Assembly (NCBI RefSeq): GCF_057098645.1
Contig: NZ_CM169472.1
DNA: 64,000 nt
Reading direction: 5' to 3' (one strand)
Shown here: positions 39,899 through 53,241 of the stretch, piece after piece
Numbering within the stretch: the stretch's first letter is position 1
How the letters are laid out: every line of letters begins with the position of its first letter
Translations under genes and position numbers: made by a program
Notes under the pieces: model-generated
Databases searched by the model: none
What the model saw: the letters and a program-made list of their open reading frames with translations, nothing else
What the model was told of the DNA's origin: nothing

Positions 39899-40276
39899 TT
39901 GTTCGATGCTTTTAGTCAGTGTTTGCATAATGTTGCTCGTGATGGCAGTCCACGGTATGCAGGTTTACTACAACAAATAGCATCCAAGTGTGCGATATTA
40001 CAAGATTTTGATCAACAATTGTTCTGGCGCACGTTTACAGGAGGGGGCCTCCATCGACATATCTCTGTGAAGAGCGAGCCAGAAAAGACAGATGTATGGC
40101 GATTCAGTACACAATTTGATTTTCCACATATAAATGAAAACGGAGAGTTGTCCAGAACGGTACTCATGTTCGAGGGGGTTGCTGAAAGCAACTTTAAAGA
40201 TATCGCCAATCATTCCAGCGAATGTTTTTCTTACCGTTGTTATGCCGCCCCGCTGGATGCGAATGCTAAAAAGTAA
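39899..40276 (+). CDS. Hypothetical protein (about 125 aa), start uncertain (TTG in ORF track)
   Basis: ORF with no ATG near its 5' end; AT-rich; no family recognised; may be a gene remnant. Confidence 0.3.
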   Translation: MFDAFSQCLHNVARDGSPRYAGLLQQIASKCAILQDFDQQLFWRTFTGGGLHRHISVKSEPEKTDVWRFSTQFDFPHINENGELSRTVLMFEGVAESNFKDIANHSSECFSYRCYAAPLDANAKK

Positions 40277-40296
40277 TGACGCCGGAGTTTGAAGTT

Positions 40297-40878
40297 TCAG
40301 AGCGCCTTGCGTGACGCCTGCGCCATCATCCGCGGATAAAACTGCCAGAAGCGGGTTTCGAGGGCGGCATAATGTGCGTTTAAATCGTACCAGGAGTCAC
40401 GCAGGGCATCCAGACGTGGGCGACGGCTTGCCATGCCGTTTAACACGTTCTGGATGAAATCCATATCGCGATAGCGCACCAGCCACTGCTCTGACCACAA
40501 GTAATTGTTCAGATTGATAAAACGTGGCGGTGAGTCCGGCAAAATCGTCATCACTTGCTCGCGGGCATAACAGACAAATTCCTGTAGCGGAAAGTCCGGC
40601 GACAGCTGCGACCAGTGGCGGGAAAGAAAGTGATCCCACATGACATCCAGGGTAATAGGCGCAACGCGGCGCGTTTCACTACGAAACCATTCCCGTGCTT
40701 CGCGGACTTCCGGCAGATTGTCAGTCAATACGTCGATACGTCGATGCATATGAATGCCAGCCACGACGTCGGGCGGAAAACTTTCTTCAGGATTTCCGCG
40801 TACGAAATCAGCCAGCAAATTGCCGGAAAGCGAGCTTTCCGCGAGATGGGCTAAATGCAGGTGAGCTAAAAAATTCAT
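40297..40878 (-). CDS. acpH: Acyl carrier protein phosphodiesterase
   Basis: 193 aa, [25 protein letters not shown]... Confidence 0.92.
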   Translation of the reverse strand: MNFLAHLHLAHLAESSLSGNLLADFVRGNPEESFPPDVVAGIHMHRRIDVLTDNLPEVREAREWFRSETRRVAPITLDVMWDHFLSRHWSQLSPDFPLQEFVCYAREQVMTILPDSPPRFINLNNYLWSEQWLVRYRDMDFIQNVLNGMASRRPRLDALRDSWYDLNAHYAALETRFWQFYPRMMAQASRKAL

Positions 40879-40970
40879 CGATTATATTCTATCCAAAGGG
40901 GGGTAAAGGTTGCAGGGAGAGCGCCCCGGCACTAGACTACCCGCCTCTTATTTTAGTCTGAGTCAGTGTC

Positions 40971-42041
40971 ATGCGCGTTACCGATTTCTCCTTTGAATTG
41001 CCCGAATCCCTGATTGCCCACTATCCGATGCCTGAACGCAGTAGCTGTCGTTTACTGTCGCTGGACGGGCCGACGGGCGCGCTGACGCACGGTACTTTCA
41101 CCGATTTACTCGATAAGCTCAACCCCGGCGATCTTCTGGTTTTTAATAATACCCGGGTGATCCCAGCGCGTCTGTTTGGGCGTAAAGCCAGTGGCGGCAA
41201 GATTGAAGTGCTGGTTGAGCGGATGCTCGACGACAAACGCATTCTTGCGCATATTCGCGCCTCGAAAGCGCCAAAACCTGGCGCAGAACTGCTGCTGGGC
41301 GATGACGAAAGTATTAACGCAACAATGACCGCGCGCCACGGCGCACTGTTTGAAGTCGAATTTAATGATGAACGCTCGGTACTGGATATTCTCAACAGCA
41401 TCGGCCATATGCCGCTGCCGCCGTATATCGACCGTCCGGACGAAGACGCTGACCGCGAACTTTATCAAACCGTTTATAGCGAAAAACCGGGCGCGGTTGC
41501 AGCCCCGACCGCTGGTCTGCATTTTGACGAACCTTTGCTGGAAAAATTACGCGCCAAAGGCGTGGAGATGGCGTTCGTCACCCTGCACGTTGGTGCGGGC
41601 ACCTTCCAGCCGGTGCGCGTCGACACCATTGAAGATCACATCATGCACTCGGAATACGCTGAAGTACCGCAGGATGTGGTAGACGCGGTACTGGCGGCGA
41701 AAGCGCGCGGTAACCGGGTGATTGCGGTTGGCACTACCTCAGTACGTTCGCTGGAAAGCGCGGCTCAGGCGGCGAAAAACGATCTCATCGAACCGTTCTT
41801 TGACGATACCCAAATCTTTATCTATCCGGGCTTCCAGTACAAAGTGGTCGATGCGCTGGTGACAAACTTCCACTTGCCAGAGTCGACGCTGATTATGCTG
41901 GTTTCGGCCTTTGCCGGTTATCAACACACCATGAACGCCTATAAAGCAGCGGTAGAAGAGAAATATCGCTTTTTTAGTTACGGTGATGCGATGTTTATCA
42001 CGTACAATCCGCAGGCAATTAATGAGCGCGTCGGGGAGTAA
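40971..42041 (+). CDS. queA: S-adenosylmethionine:tRNA ribosyltransferase-isomerase
   Basis: 356 aa, [19 protein letters not shown]... Confidence 0.95.
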
Positions 42042-42081
42042 TTCCGCGGCGCTGGTTTAAAACGTTGGACTGTTTTTCTGA

Positions 42082-43224
<1,143 letters not shown>

Positions 43225-43246
43225 TATTAATAATGAGGGAAATTTA

Positions 43247-43579
43247 ATGAGCTTTTTTATTTCTGATGCGGTAGCGGCAACGGGTGCACCGGCGCAAGGT
43301 AGCCCGATGTCTTTGATTTTGATGCTGGTGGTATTCGGTCTGATTTTCTATTTCATGATCCTGCGTCCACAGCAGAAGCGCACCAAAGAACACAAAAAGC
43401 TGATGGACTCCATTGCCAAAGGTGATGAAGTTCTGACGAACGGTGGCCTGGTCGGTCGCGTAACCAAAGTAGCGGAAAACGGCTACATTGCTATCGCGCT
43501 GAATGACACCACTGAAGTAGTTATTAAACGTGACTTCGTAGCTGCCGTCCTGCCGAAAGGCACCATGAAGGCGCTGTAA
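43247..43579 (+). CDS. yajC: Sec translocon accessory subunit YajC
   Basis: Start at MSFFISDAVAATGAPAQG... (110 aa). Confidence 0.93.
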   Translation: MSFFISDAVAATGAPAQGSPMSLILMLVVFGLIFYFMILRPQQKRTKEHKKLMDSIAKGDEVLTNGGLVGRVTKVAENGYIAIALNDTTEVVIKRDFVAAVLPKGTMKAL

Positions 43580-43606
43580 TTAAAATTTTTCCCTAAGGGA
43601 ATTGCC

Positions 43607-45454
43607 GTGTTAAACCGTTATCCTTTGTGGAAGTACGTCATGCTGATCGTGGTGATTGTCATCGGTCTGCTGTATGCGCTTCCCAACCTGTTTGGTGAGG
43701 ATCCGGCTGTTCAGATCACTGGTGCGCGCGGAGTCGCCGCCAGTGAGCAAACGCTGATCCAGGTCCAGAAAACGTTACAAGAAGAAAAAATAACTGCTAA
43801 GTCTGTGGCACTGGAAGAGGGCGCTATTCTTGCGCGCTTCGACTCCACTGACACCCAGCTGCGCGCTCGTGAAGCATTAATGGGCGTTATGGGTGACAAA
43901 TACGTCGTGGCGCTTAACCTTGCCCCGGCAACGCCGCGCTGGCTGGCAGCTATTCACGCTGAGCCGATGAAGCTCGGCCTTGACCTGCGTGGCGGCGTTC
44001 ACTTCCTGATGGAAGTGGATATGGACACCGCGCTTGGCAAACTCCAGGAACAAAATATCGATAGCCTGCGCAGCGACCTGCGCGAAAAAGGCATCCCGTA
44101 TACCACCGTTCGTAAAGAAAACAACTACGGCCTGAGCATCACTTTCCGCGATGCTAAAGCTCGTGATGAAGCCATTGCGTATCTGAGCAAGCGCCATCCG
44201 GACCTGGTGATTAGTAGCCAGGGCAGCAACCAGCTGCGTGCGGTAATGAGCGATGCTCGTCTGAGTGAAGCGCGTGAATATGCGGTGCAGCAGAACATCA
44301 ATATCCTGCGTAACCGTGTAAACCAACTTGGCGTGGCGGAGCCGGTGGTTCAGCGTCAGGGTGCTGACCGTATCGTTGTTGAACTGCCAGGTATTCAGGA
44401 CACTGCGCGTGCGAAAGAGATTCTGGGTGCGACGGCAACGCTGGAATTCCGTCTGGTAAACACCAACGTTGATCAGGCCGCTGCGGCATCCGGTCGCGTA
44501 CCGGGCGACTCTGAAGTGAAACAGACCCGCGAAGGTCAGCCGGTTGTGCTGTACAAACGCGTAATTCTGACCGGTGACCATATCACCGACTCCACTTCCA
44601 GCCAGGACGAATACAACCAGCCGCAGGTTAACATCTCGCTCGATAGCGCTGGTGGCAACATTATGTCTAACTTCACCAAGGACAACATCGGCAAACCGAT
44701 GGCAACCCTGTTTGTGGAGTACAAAGACAGCGGTAAGAAAGATGCAAATGGTCGTGCGGTTCTGGTGAAACAGGAAGAGGTGATTAACATCGCCAACATC
44801 CAGTCTCGTCTGGGTAACAGCTTCCGTATCACCGGCATCAACAACCCGAACGAAGCCCGTCAGCTGTCACTGCTGCTGCGTGCCGGTGCGTTGATCGCGC
44901 CGATTCAGATTGTTGAAGAACGTACAATTGGCCCGACCCTGGGTATGCAGAACATTGAGCAGGGGCTGGAGGCTTGCCTTGCCGGTCTGCTGGTTTCTAT
45001 TCTGTTCATGATCATCTTCTATAAGAAGTTTGGTCTGATTGCGACCAGTGCTCTGATTGCCAACTTGATCTTGATCGTCGGTATTATGTCGCTGTTGCCA
45101 GGCGCAACACTGAGTATGCCAGGTATCGCGGGTATCGTCTTAACCCTTGCGGTAGCGGTCGATGCGAACGTACTGATCAACGAACGTATTAAAGAAGAGT
45201 TGAGCAACGGACGTACTGTTCAACAGGCAATTGATGAAGGTTATCGTGGCGCATTCAGTTCTATCTTCGATGCGAACATCACCACGCTGATTAAAGTCAT
45301 CATCCTGTACGCAGTGGGTACCGGGGCAATTAAAGGGTTCGCGATTACTACCGGTATCGGTGTGGCGACGTCGATGTTTACCGCGATTGTCGGTACGCGT
45401 GCCATCGTAAACCTGCTATATGGCGGCAAGCGCGTCAAGAAGCTGTCAATCTGA
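43607..45454 (+). CDS. secD: Protein translocase subunit SecD
   Basis: GTG start, 615 aa, [33 protein letters not shown]... Confidence 0.95.
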   Translation: MLNRYPLWKYVMLIVVIVIGLLYALPNLFGEDPAVQITGARGVAASEQTLIQVQKTLQEEKITAKSVALEEGAILARFDSTDTQLRAREALMGVMGDKYVVALNLAPATPRWLAAIHAEPMKLGLDLRGGVHFLMEVDMDTALGKLQEQNIDSLRSDLREKGIPYTTVRKENNYGLSITFRDAKARDEAIAYLSKRHPDLVISSQGSNQLRAVMSDARLSEAREYAVQQNINILRNRVNQLGVAEPVVQRQGADRIVVELPGIQDTARAKEILGATATLEFRLVNTNVDQAAAASGRVPGDSEVKQTREGQPVVLYKRVILTGDHITDSTSSQDEYNQPQVNISLDSAGGNIMSNFTKDNIGKPMATLFVEYKDSGKKDANGRAVLVKQEEVINIANIQSRLGNSFRITGINNPNEARQLSLLLRAGALIAPIQIVEERTIGPTLGMQNIEQGLEACLAGLLVSILFMIIFYKKFGLIATSALIANLILIVGIMSLLPGATLSMPGIAGIVLTLAVAVDANVLINERIKEELSNGRTVQQAIDEGYRGAFSSIFDANITTLIKVIILYAVGTGAIKGFAITTGIGVATSMFTAIVGTRAIVNLLYGGKRVKKLSI

Positions 45455-45464
45455 GGAGTGCGAT

Positions 45465-46436
45465 GTGGCACAGGAATATACTGTTGAACAACTAAACCAC
45501 GGCCGTAAAGTCTATGACTTTATGCGCTGGGACTACTGGGCTTTCGGCATCTCTGGTCTGCTGTTAATCGCTGCTATCGTTATTATGGGCGTGCGCGGCT
45601 TTAACTGGGGGCTGGATTTCACCGGTGGTACGGTTATCGAAATTACGCTCGAAAAACCGGCTGAAATTGACGTAATGCGTGATGCATTGCAAAAAGCCGG
45701 TTTTGAAGAGCCGATGCTGCAAAACTTTGGTAGCAGCCACGACATCATGGTCCGTATGCCGCCTGCTGAAGGCGAAACCGGCGGTCAGGTGCTGGGCAGC
45801 CAGGTTCTGAAGGTGATTAATGAATCCACCAATCAGAATGCAGCAGTGAAGCGTATTGAGTTCGTCGGTCCGAGCGTGGGGGCAGACCTTGCGCAAACCG
45901 GTGCGATGGCGTTGATGGCAGCGCTGCTGTCTATCCTCGTGTACGTAGGTTTCCGCTTTGAGTGGCGACTGGCGGCAGGGGTGGTTATTGCGCTGGCGCA
46001 CGACGTTATCATTACGCTGGGTATTTTGTCGTTATTCCATATCGAGATTGACCTGACCATTGTGGCATCGTTGATGTCGGTTATCGGTTACTCGCTTAAC
46101 GACAGTATCGTGGTATCGGACCGTATTCGTGAAAACTTCCGCAAGATTCGTCGCGGTACGCCTTACGAAATCTTTAACGTGTCCTTGACCCAGACGCTGC
46201 ATCGTACCTTGATCACATCCGGTACTACCTTGATGGTTATCCTGATGCTGTACCTCTTCGGTGGTCCGGTACTGGAAGGCTTCTCGCTGACCATGCTTAT
46301 CGGTGTTTCCATCGGCACTGCATCTTCCATCTACGTAGCATCTGCGTTGGCTCTGAAACTGGGTATGAAGCGCGAACACATGTTGCAGCAGAAAGTGGAA
46401 AAAGAAGGGGCGGATCAGCCGTCAATTCTGCCTTAA
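45465..46436 (+). CDS. secF: Protein translocase subunit SecF
   Basis: GTG start giving (M)[27 protein letters not shown]... (323 aa); ORF-track start is 15 codons upstream inside secD. Confidence 0.93.
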
Positions 46437-46564
46437 TCAATTTCACGTTGATGTTGAAAATCCCGGTCAGAAGATCGGGATTTTTTTTGATGTATGGAGA
46501 TTGCGAAAATCCCCGCATCTTGGGAAACTGCGCGTAACCCTACATTTCATCCAGGTAACTTTTC

Positions 46565-46912
46565 ATGGCTATCATCCCAAAAAACTATGCGCGGTTAGAA
46601 AGCGGCTATCGCGAAAAAGCATTAAAAATATATCCGTGGGTCTGCGGTCGCTGTTCCCGCGAGTTTGTTTATTCCAACCTGCGTGAACTTACTGTTCACC
46701 ACATTGATCACGACCATACCAATAACCCGGAAGATGGCAGTAACTGGGAATTGCTTTGTCTCTATTGCCACGATCATGAGCATTCGAAATATACCGAAGC
46801 GGATCAGTATGGTACGACCGTTATCGCAGGGGAAGATGCGCAGAAAGATGTCGGTGAAGCGAAGTACAACCCATTCGCTGACCTGAAAGCGATGATGAAC
46901 AAGAAGAAGTGA
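46565..46912 (+). CDS. yajD: HNH nuclease family protein YajD
   Basis: 115 aa with Cys/His-rich HNH-like motif (HHIDHDHTNN...CLYCHDHEH). Confidence 0.88.
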   Translation: MAIIPKNYARLESGYREKALKIYPWVCGRCSREFVYSNLRELTVHHIDHDHTNNPEDGSNWELLCLYCHDHEHSKYTEADQYGTTVIAGEDAQKDVGEAKYNPFADLKAMMNKKK

Positions 46913-46924
46913 TTAAAACGTAAA

Positions 46925-47030
46925 ATTGCCTGATGCGCTACGCTTGTCAGGCCTACGTTATTTCAGCAATATATTGAATTTACGTGCTTTTGTGGGCCGG
47001 ACAAAGCGTTTACGCCGCATCCGGCATGAA
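46925..47030. repeat. REP cluster between convergent yajD and tsx
   Basis: gcctgatgcgctacgcttgtcaggcctac and gggccggacaaagcgtttacgccgcatccggca. Confidence 0.75.
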
Positions 47031-47088
47031 CAAAGCGCACGTTGTTAACAATCAGAAATGCCGGGAATAAATCCCGGCATTTTCATAA

Positions 47089-47973
47089 TCAGAAGTTGTA
47101 ACCTACTACCAGGTAACCACCCCAGCCGGTAGAGCGAACGTTGAAGTTGCCGTTGCCGAAGTTCAGTTCTGCATCGTCGTTCCACTGACCACCGTCGTGC
47201 CAGTAACGAGCTACGACAGAGTAGTGCCAGTGATCGTAGTTCAGAGCCAGAATATGGCTGGAAGCGATAGAGTTATTAGTACGGGTCTTAATACCGTTGA
47301 TTGCGTTACCGCTGTCATCCCCTAAATCGGAACCCCAGTCGAAGTTGGTGAAGCCGATGTAGCTCAGCTGACCGCCCCACAGATCGGTAATCGGCACAAA
47401 GTATTTAATTTTGAAACGGTAACCGTCCCACTCGTTTTCGTTCGCTGCGCCATAGTTCTGCCACTGGTATTTCGCATAGACGTTCATGGACAGGCTCATC
47501 GGCAGGCCAGTGTCGATATCGGTACCCAGACCCATGTACCAGGTGCTCTGGCGACCATCTTTATTACGACCCATGTCGTAAATGTAGTTGTTCGCGAAGT
47601 ACCACTCTTTGAACGGACCGAAGCTAAGGTCAGTATTGGTCAGCTTGTCGATGGAGAAACGTGGTTCGATTTCCATAAACAGCGGAGAACCGTGGTTCCA
47701 GATACCTTTTGCATCGGAGTTACCGCCGAAGAATACCGGCGCATCCGCATAACCATAGAAGTCGAACCAGTCTTTTTTAGCGAATGCTTCGTACTCAAGG
47801 TAGGTATCGTTGCGGATCTGCGGTCCGAAACGGGTGTGATAGCTTCCGACAACGTTAACGCTCTGGTGCCACCAGTCGGAAAGATACTGCGGTTTGTCGT
47901 TTTCAGCTGCGTTGACAGTAAAAGACGAAGAGAGCGCCAGTACCGCACCGGCTGCCAGTAATGTTTTTTTCAT
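47089..47973 (-). CDS. tsx: Nucleoside-specific outer-membrane channel Tsx
   Basis: Start at [22 protein letters not shown] (signal peptide), 294 aa, ends ...GYLVVGYNF. Confidence 0.93.
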
Positions 47974-48271
47974 ATGTATGCCACTGTTTGAAAATCCCTT
48001 GCGGGAGTGAAAAAGGCGCAAATTGCGTTTCTAAATATTTCGTATACAGAGGAGCCTATTATAAAAATCATTGCTCACAAAAATATGTTTCGTTTCACAG
48101 TTCTATCATTTACGTAATCGATTGCGTTCACGTTTACACACATTCGGGCAGGGATTGTACTGACTTTCACCCTTGTTGCAAACTTTTACTATCAATCTGG
48201 GTGATGTAAGCGGAGTAACAAAAAGACGGGGAAAGATGTTGCGGGACGCACAAAATCGCCCCGCTATACGT

Positions 48272-48811
48272 TTACTGCATAACAGGTTGAATGTCGTGGA
48301 TACGTACAAAGCCTAACTGATCCATAGAAATCCCCTTTAACTGTAACGGAATATCAACATCGCTGGGGGCGAGGACGCTGGCAGGGGCATTAATCAATTG
48401 ATTCTGTACATTGATTTCCTGAAAGTTGTCTATTGTTCCCTGAATTTGCCCATATTCAACAGTTCCGCTGAATGCGGGCAAGGGATCATTCGACTCACCC
48501 TGAATACGTAGTGTCAGGGTGGTGCCATCTGTATCAGGCGTAATATTCACCAGCGACATACGTAAAGTACCGATCTGGCTTTCCAGTCTTGCCGGTGTTT
48601 TCGCTCCAGGCAGAAGGTAAACCCCACTGCTGGATTTTGCATTCAGCCTGTTTTGCTGAGTGATTTTGACTGTTTCTTGATTGAGTTGCGTCATCTCCTG
48701 GTTCAGCGTGCTGACGCTGTGTTTCATCTGTCGCACTTCACTTTGCTGCACACAGGCGCTAAGGCTGAACAGGCTTCCCAGCAGGATCAGTCGAAAAACG
48801 TTAATATTCAT
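48272..48811 (-). CDS. yajI: Lipoprotein YajI
   Basis: Start at MNINVFRLILLGSLFSLSAC (lipobox LSAC), 179 aa. Confidence 0.88.
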   Translation of the reverse strand: MNINVFRLILLGSLFSLSACVQQSEVRQMKHSVSTLNQEMTQLNQETVKITQQNRLNAKSSSGVYLLPGAKTPARLESQIGTLRMSLVNITPDTDGTTLTLRIQGESNDPLPAFSGTVEYGQIQGTIDNFQEINVQNQLINAPASVLAPSDVDIPLQLKGISMDQLGFVRIHDIQPVMQ

Positions 48812-48925
48812 AGGTCGTCCCTTTCTCGTCGCAATTAGCCTAATGGTAGAGGGTAAAAGCAGCGAAAGCATCGATCCTTTATCTCAAAAGCGTTGCGCCT
48901 TTGTTGTATCGTCAGTTCAGGGTAA

Positions 48926-49411
<486 letters not shown>

Positions 49412-49414
49412 GCC

Positions 49415-50518
49415 GTGCAGGACGAGTATTACATGGCGCGGGCGCTAAAGCTGGCGCAACGAGGACGTTTTACCACCCACCCCAACCCGAATGTCGGGTG
49501 CGTCATTGTCAAAGATGGCGAAATTGTCGGTGAAGGTTACCACCAACGAGCGGGTGAACCACATGCCGAAGTACACGCGTTGCGTATGGCGGGTGAAAAA
49601 GCCAAAGGTGCGACCGCCTATGCCACACTCGAACCCTGTAGCCATCATGGTCGTACGCCACCGTGCTGTGACGCACTCATCGCCGCTGGCGTAGCGCGCG
49701 TGGTCGCTGCGATGCAAGATCCGAACCCGCAGGTCGCTGGGCGTGGACTTTACCGTCTGCAACAGGCTGGCATTGACGTCAGCCACGGCCTGATGATGAG
49801 TGAAGCCGAGCAATTGAATAAAGGCTTTCTCAAGCGGATGCGCACCGGCTTTCCTTATATTCAGTTAAAACTTGGCGCATCGCTTGATGGCCGCACGGCG
49901 ATGGCGAGCGGCGAAAGCCAGTGGATCACTTCGCCTCAGGCGCGGCGCGACGTACAACGACTGCGCGCACAAAGTCATGCCATTTTAACCAGCAGCGCCA
50001 CGGTGCTGGCGGATGATCCGGCCTTAACGGTGCGTTGGTCTGAACTGGATGAACAAACTCAGGCGCTCTATCCGCAACAAAATCTCCGTCAGCCGATACG
50101 TATTGTGATTGATAGCCAAAATCGCGTGACGCCGGAACATCGCATTGTGCAGCAGCCCGGCGAAACCTGGTTCGCGCGTACGCAGGAAGATTCTCGTGAG
50201 TGGCCGGAAACGGTACGTACCTTGTTGATTCCAGAGCATAAAGGTCATCTGGATCTGGTTGTACTAATGATGCAACTGGGTAAACAGCAGATTAACAGCA
50301 TCTGGGTGGAAGCGGGGCCAACGCTCGCTGGCGCATTGCTGCAGGCGGGTTTAGTCGATGAGCTGATTGTCTATATCGCACCTAAACTATTAGGCAGCGA
50401 CGCCCGTGGATTATGCACACTGCCAGGGCTTGAGAAATTAGCCGACGCCCCCCAATTTAAATTCAAAGAGATACGTCATGTAGGCCCGGATGTTTGCCTG
50501 CATTTAGTGGGTGCATGA
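49415..50518 (+). CDS. ribD: Riboflavin biosynthesis bifunctional deaminase/reductase
   Basis: GTG start, 367 aa, [17 protein letters not shown]..., deaminase motif HAEV...PCxxC. Confidence 0.95.
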
Positions 50519-50606
50519 TCTCCCGGCTCGAAAGGGAAGCAGCGCACGAAATATTATGCTAAAATCCGCCCCCCTGCGGGGCCATACTCGAACCCGAAGG
50601 AAGAAA

Positions 50607-51077
50607 ATGAACATTATTGAAGCTAACGTTGCTACCCCGGACGCTCGCGTCGCCATCACCATCGCGCGTTTCAACAACTTTATCAATGACAGCCTGCTGG
50701 AAGGTGCAATTGATGCACTGAAACGTATCGGTCAGGTAAAAGATGAAAACATTACCGTTGTTTGGGTGCCTGGTGCCTATGAGCTGCCGCTGGCGGCGGG
50801 TGCACTGGCTAAAACCGGTAAATACGACGCGGTGATTGCGCTGGGTACGGTTATTCGTGGTGGCACTGCCCATTTTGAATATGTCGCTGGTGGTGCAAGC
50901 AACGGCCTGGCGCATGTTGCCCAGGACAGCGAAATTCCGGTTGCTTTTGGGGTTCTGACCACTGAAAGCATTGAACAAGCGATCGAACGTGCTGGCACCA
51001 AAGCTGGCAACAAAGGTGCAGAAGCTGCACTGACCGCGCTTGAAATGATTAATGTATTGAAAGCCATCAAGGCCTGA
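50607..51077 (+). CDS. ribE: 6,7-dimethyl-8-ribityllumazine synthase
   Basis: Start at [23 protein letters not shown]... (156 aa); ORF-track over-extended upstream. Confidence 0.93.
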
Positions 51078-51096
51078 AATTAGTAAGGGGAAATCC

Positions 51097-51516
51097 GTGA
51101 AACCTGCTGCTCGTCGCCGCGCTCGTGAGTGTGCCGTCCAGGCGCTCTACTCCTGGCAGTTGTCCCAGAACGACATCGCTGATGTTGAATACCAGTTCCT
51201 GGCTGAACAGGATGTAAAAGACGTTGACGTCCTGTACTTCCGTGAGCTGCTGGCCGGGGTGGCGACTAATACCGCATACCTCGACGGACTGATGAAGCCA
51301 TACCTGTCCCGCCTGCTGGAAGAACTGGGACAGGTAGAAAAAGCAGTACTGCGCATTGCGCTGTACGAACTGTCTAAACGTAGCGATGTGCCATACAAAG
51401 TGGCCATTAACGAAGCGATCGAACTGGCGAAATCGTTCGGCGCAGAAGACAGCCATAAGTTCGTCAACGGCGTACTCGATAAAGCAGCACCTGTGATTCG
51501 CCCTAACAAAAAGTAA
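51097..51516 (+). CDS. nusB: Transcription antitermination factor NusB
   Basis: 139 aa, [23 protein letters not shown]... Confidence 0.95.
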
Positions 51517-51520
51517 TATC

Positions 51521-51574
51521 CAGGCCGGTAGATTCACGGAAGACTGTTCCGCGATCGCCGGCCTTTTCTTTTTT
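51521..51574 (+). terminator. Hairpin plus T-tract between nusB and thiL (putative partial terminator)
   Basis: ggccgg...gcgatcgccggcc palindromic segment followed by ttttcttttttt. Confidence 0.5.
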
Positions 51575-51593
51575 ACCTGCTGAGGCATAACGT

Positions 51594-52571
51594 ATGGCAT
51601 GTGGCGAGTTCTCCCTGATTGCCCGTTATTTTGACCGTGTAAGAAGTTCTCGTCTTGATGTCGAACTGGGCATCGGCGACGATTGCGCTCTTCTCAATAT
51701 CCCCGAGAAACAGACCTTGGCGATCAGCACTGATACGCTGGTGGCGGGCAACCATTTCCTCCCTGATATCGATCCTGCTGATCTGGCTTATAAAGCACTG
51801 GCGGTGAACCTAAGCGATCTGGCAGCGATGGGGGCCGATCCGGCCTGGCTGACGCTGGCATTAACCTTACCGGACGTAGACGAAGCGTGGCTTGAGTCCT
51901 TCAGCGACAGTTTGTTTGATCTTCTCAATTATTACGATATGCAACTCATTGGCGGCGATACCACGCGTGGGCCATTATCAATGACGTTGGGTATCCACGG
52001 CTTTGTTCCGATGGGACGAGCCTTAACGCGCTCTGGGGCGAAACCGGGTGACTGGATCTATGTGACCGGTACACCGGGCGATAGCGCCGCCGGGCTGGCG
52101 ATTTTGCAAAACCGTTTGCAGGTTGCCGATGCTAAAGATGCGGACTACTTGATCAAACGTCATCTCCGTCCATCGCCGCGTATTTTACAGGGGCAGGCAC
52201 TGCGCGATCTGGCAAATTCAGCTATCGATCTCTCTGACGGTCTGATTTCCGATCTCGGGCATATCGTGAAAGCCAGCGACTGCGGCGCACGTATTGACCT
52301 GGCATTGCTGCCGTTTTCTGATGCGCTTTCTCGCCATGTTGTACCGGAACAGGCGCTGCGCTGGGCGCTCTCTGGCGGTGAAGATTACGAGTTGTGTTTC
52401 ACTGTGCCGGAACTGAACCGTGGCGCGCTGGATGTGGCTCTCGGTCATCTGGGCGTACCGTTTACCTGTATCGGGCAAATGACCGCCGATATCGAAGGGC
52501 TTTGTTTTATTCGTGACGGCGAACCTGTCACGTTAGACTGGAAAGGATATGACCATTTTGCCACGCCATAA
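51594..52571 (+). CDS. thiL: Thiamine-monophosphate kinase
   Basis: 325 aa, [16 protein letters not shown]... Confidence 0.93.
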   Translation: MACGEFSLIARYFDRVRSSRLDVELGIGDDCALLNIPEKQTLAISTDTLVAGNHFLPDIDPADLAYKALAVNLSDLAAMGADPAWLTLALTLPDVDEAWLESFSDSLFDLLNYYDMQLIGGDTTRGPLSMTLGIHGFVPMGRALTRSGAKPGDWIYVTGTPGDSAAGLAILQNRLQVADAKDADYLIKRHLRPSPRILQGQALRDLANSAIDLSDGLISDLGHIVKASDCGARIDLALLPFSDALSRHVVPEQALRWALSGGEDYELCFTVPELNRGALDVALGHLGVPFTCIGQMTADIEGLCFIRDGEPVTLDWKGYDHFATP

Positions 52572-53064
52572 AGATGTCGCGAAAAGTCGCCTCAAGATGA
52601 GTAATCCGTGGCATCTGCTTGCTGTCGGATTCGGAAGTGGATTAAGCCCGATCGTTCCTGGGACGATGGGCTCGCTGGCAGCGATTCCGTTCTGGTATCT
52701 GATGACCTTTTTGCCCTGGCAGCTCTATTCGCTGGTGGTGATGCTGGGGATCTGTATCGGCGTCTATCTTTGTCATCAAACGGCGAAAGACATGGGCGTG
52801 CACGATCACGGCAGCATTGTCTGGGACGAATTTATTGGTATGTGGATCACGCTCATGGCGCTGCCGACCAATGACTGGCAGTGGGTCGCCGCCGGATTTG
52901 TGATTTTCCGTATCCTGGATATGTGGAAACCGTGGCCGATCCGCTGGTTTGATCGCAATGTACATGGTGGCATGGGGATCATGATCGATGATATTGTCGC
53001 CGGGGTGATTTCCGCAGGCATCCTGTATTTTATCGGTCATCACTGGCCGCTGGGTATTCTTTAA
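52549..53064 (+). CDS. pgpA: Phosphatidylglycerophosphatase A
   Basis: 171 aa membrane protein; 23-bp overlap with thiL. Confidence 0.92.
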   Translation: MTILPRHKDVAKSRLKMSNPWHLLAVGFGSGLSPIVPGTMGSLAAIPFWYLMTFLPWQLYSLVVMLGICIGVYLCHQTAKDMGVHDHGSIVWDEFIGMWITLMALPTNDWQWVAAGFVIFRILDMWKPWPIRWFDRNVHGGMGIMIDDIVAGVISAGILYFIGHHWPLGIL

Positions 53065-53124
53065 ATGCCATTGACCGGGAGGTGTAGGCGATTCCAGACC
53101 ACCCGGTTTGATTTATAAATGAAC

Positions 53125-53146
53125 AGTGCCCCAATTTTGGGGCACT
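53125..53146. terminator. Hairpin between pgpA and the islet C gene (candidate bidirectional terminator)
   Basis: agtgcccc / ggggcact 8-bp stem, loop aatttt. Confidence 0.4.
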
Positions 53147-53241
53147 CTGTTAAAGTAAAACCCGACATCACCGAATATACTATGCGGCGATATTTCAAGG
53201 TGTATCTTTGTCACTCATAATTCAATGACACTGAAATATCG

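Noticed and set aside
43877-44581. 234-aa ORF antisense to secD
   Set aside because: Inside the essential secD gene; antisense artefact
46501-46686. 61-aa ORF upstream of and overlapping yajD
   Set aside because: Different frame from the well-supported yajD ORF; overlaps the yajD promoter and 5' region; no independent support
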